A program made the position numbers and the translations under genes. From contig KZ539002.1 in the NCBI GenBank assembly GCA_000934665.2, positions 1-36,946 of the forward strand: a DNA stretch of 36,946 bases. The letters are read 5' to 3'. The DNA is from Catajapyx aquilonaris. Lineage: Eukaryota. Positions 34,373 through 36,946 of this stretch are shown here, one piece after another. The notes under the pieces were generated by a model. That model did not search any database. It worked only from the letters and a program-made list of their open reading frames with translations, and was not told where the DNA came from. Numbering within the stretch: position 1 is the first letter of the stretch; each line of letters starts with the position of its first letter.

Positions 34373-36946
34373 GGATGATGATTCCTGCATCAACCTTTTC
34401 AATGGAAAACAATATTGATTAACTTTCCGTTTCCCTCTCATTGGAATGTAAAAAACGTGTTCCAAGTTAGACCTTAAAAGCTTGTATGTGCTCCTGAATA
34501 TTTCATGGATGAATTTCATCAGCATCGACGTCAATATTTAAACTAGCTCTGCAATGCAGTCGTCCAGCTATTTAAATATAGCACGTCATATTCATCGCAT
34601 CATATACGGAGCGAATGGAGAAACTCCCCCCCCCCCCCTGCCCCCGCAGTCCAACTTTGGTAACAGAAAGTTTATTAGGTAAACTTTATCACGAGAACAG
34701 TCTGCTTTGTTGTGCAGGATATCAAGTATAAATCAAAATAAAGTGCATTGGGCTTATTTGAGCCCATTTCCATAAGCACCCCCTTCCTGCCCCCTTCCCT
34801 TTTGCACCCACCCAAAAAAACGTTCATTGCATCAAGAACATTCCGGAAGCGGACAGAAATAAAGCATATTCTTGGCATGGTTCCAGGAACTAAATCTGTG
34901 AGTATTGACTCCGGCCAAATTCATTTTCTGTACTTGATTCAGAATTAAATTTTGGCCACCAACTTGTAGCTAATTGGCTGGAGAGAACTGTGCTTGGGCC
35001 TTTTCCACAGCGACCCCTTCTCGACAAGCGCGCATTCTGGCATAGCACTCGGTTTTACGGCCACCATTTTGTACGGATACTGAAAAGGAAAGACCGGTTG
35101 TGCAGATAACCAAATGGATGGCTAGAACTATGGGGTTAAAAAGCCTCTGCATGTCCGTTTGTTAATTTGAAATTTGCATTTGGGCAAACACCATTAGTCT
35201 GTGTGGTAGTAATTAGGGCAATAATTCCGTGGGATTATGAAGAAAGATGTAAGCTGCTTTTGAGAGAGCTAGGAGTGAATGTTTGGTGTGGGTGGGGGTA
35301 GATGGGCAAGAAGTAGTGTCACATTTGCAGGTTATGTTGGCGTTACCTGCTCCGGATTATGTTCTTATCCGCTTCATTAACATCCCGAATGATCCTCATC
35401 TGAAAAGTTTTCCACTCTCATTTTGTAGACTTGCTTAATTAGTCCAAATTAACTTGTGGGTATCCGTAGGCTTTCAGGTGCATTCACACTCCTAGTAGTG
35501 TATACACAAGGCGTGGAATAGGAGATGGGAGGACAGTACGCCTTTGGAATAAGCGATAGGGAGGTGTAATTTCCTTCTGGGGATATCTGCCTTTCGGATG
35601 CAAATTGCTGGTGGGGATGGGAAAAAATTCAGTGCCATAAAGCCTAGACGTTACTGAAAATATTGCCCTACTTCCGTGCATGGGAAGTGGTTTTCCCTCG
35701 GTTTTTACGCGCACATAATCTTCACATGCTGGATGCAGTAGTTATATGCTCCAACATTTTGATGTGTGTGGACTCTTGTGCTGGCCGAGTTCAATCCTTA
35801 CATTCGAAGCAGATTTTCTGTCCAGTCTTACATGGCGAGTGTCTGGTTAGATCACAGATGTACAGTACAGTACCAAAATATGTCAAATAATATGGGACTG
35901 AATGTTTCAAAAATTGGTGATCCATACAAGATCATTTAATCTTTAGTCATTAAACTACTCACCATAAATGTATCAAAATTACTCCCAACTATTCTAACGA
36001 TCCCTTGAAGCAAAAAAGTTTATCAGTGCTATTTTGAGCAAGTGCGAGATATTCCACTTTTTATATCCCTTCTACGTTACTTGCCACTTTTCTCTGGCTT
36101 TAGACCTGCCTGGAGCTAACACAGCCGTCCCAGAAATTGAGCCAGAACTTTCTAAATGGATTTCTCAAAGACATCTAGTGAAATGGCTTTGACCCTCTTG
36201 ACCCCATCCTGGATCAACCTGTCCAGGGTGTAAACACAGAGCCATTGTTGTCTGGCCTAAAGCCCAATATAATATCTTTCTGAATTGCGTGACGCTGGCA
36301 TCCTGTCCTTTTGTCGTCCTCGTCATAATCGTTCCCGGGTTAATTAATATTTTCAGTCGCCTTAGAGCTGCTTATCTGCTACGAGGAGCAAGTTGCTTCC
36401 AGGAATTTCACGGACTTTGCTCCAGGATTATCAACTCTTGGGGTGCTTGTGGACATGGCCCATCCAGATAAGGAGGGGGGGGGGATTTGCCATATTAGGA
36501 GAATTTATTCAGCTGAATATGCAGCTGGCGATATTAATGTGTCGTTTTATGTTGTGTTTTAAATATATTTATTGATATTTTCACTTGATTATACCTTTCA
36601 GTCCGTTTTCGACAACTTGGGTATATAGAGTAGCAATTACTTTTAACTGCTTAAAATCACTTAATAGTTTCTGCTTGCACTAAAAATAGCGCAACGAATA
36701 TAATTTTGTATACAGCAGTGTTTCTTGTTGGACAAGTTGTATACGCAGTATAACGTACAGGAGCTGGAAAGTCGAAGGGTCACATTGCACTGCACTGTAA
36801 AACGAGGATTAATGTTTAACGCTGCAATAACAACACTAGGGGGTAGTTTAAACAATCCATTGTGATGTACCGCGCAGTTTTCATTCGACGCAAGTTTTTC
36901 GGGACGAGAATTTGTATCACTGTAGGTCAAAGCGGTCGAAACTGAT

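Larger units (their letters stand above)
11358..36946 (+). other. Probable large intron (>25 kb, runs off the window) of the Nmdar2-like gene
   Basis: Starts at the GTGGGT donor. The expected next-exon peptide (roughly ILxxLCxxFL...SAQYFLQLAGYLGIPVIxWNADNSG) was not found by eye or in the ORF track. The region is filled with MITEs, SINE fragments and microsatellites. Confidence 0.7.

Noticed and set aside
33686..34422. ORFs with long poly-Ile/poly-Leu runs (33686-34099, 33885-34412, 34228-34422)
   Set aside because: Artefacts of the (AAT)n and (TAT)n microsatellites; no protein-like context.

Overview
Eukaryotic, most likely arthropod, genomic DNA that is AT-rich, repeat-rich and almost entirely non-coding. 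The only recognisable host coding sequence is the first coding exon (11069-11357, +) of an NMDA-type ionotropic glutamate receptor subunit 2 (Nmdar2/GluN2-like): a signal peptide plus the start of the amino-terminal domain, ending at a phase-1 CAG|GTGGGT donor. I could not find the next exon, so the remaining ~25.6 kb appears to be one large intron. The window also holds a minus-strand non-autonomous LTR-like element (partial LTR pair, tRNA-Lys-type PBS, PPT, internal ~94-bp tandem repeat spanning an N gap). Several MITEs have clear TIRs and TSDs: one pogo/Tigger-like, two adjacent 8-bp-TSD hAT/P-like, and one Tc1-like that carries a nested element with (CCTAA)n telomere-type repeats. There are also two long palindromes, degenerate tRNA-derived SINE fragments and microsatellites. 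I see no evidence of a wholly new multi-gene system. The most interesting observations are a dense uORF cluster ahead of the receptor start codon, the nested telomeric-repeat transposon, a SINE bracketed by inverted (AAT)n tracts, and the LTR element with a peptide-like internal repeat. All family assignments are by eye and need database confirmation.
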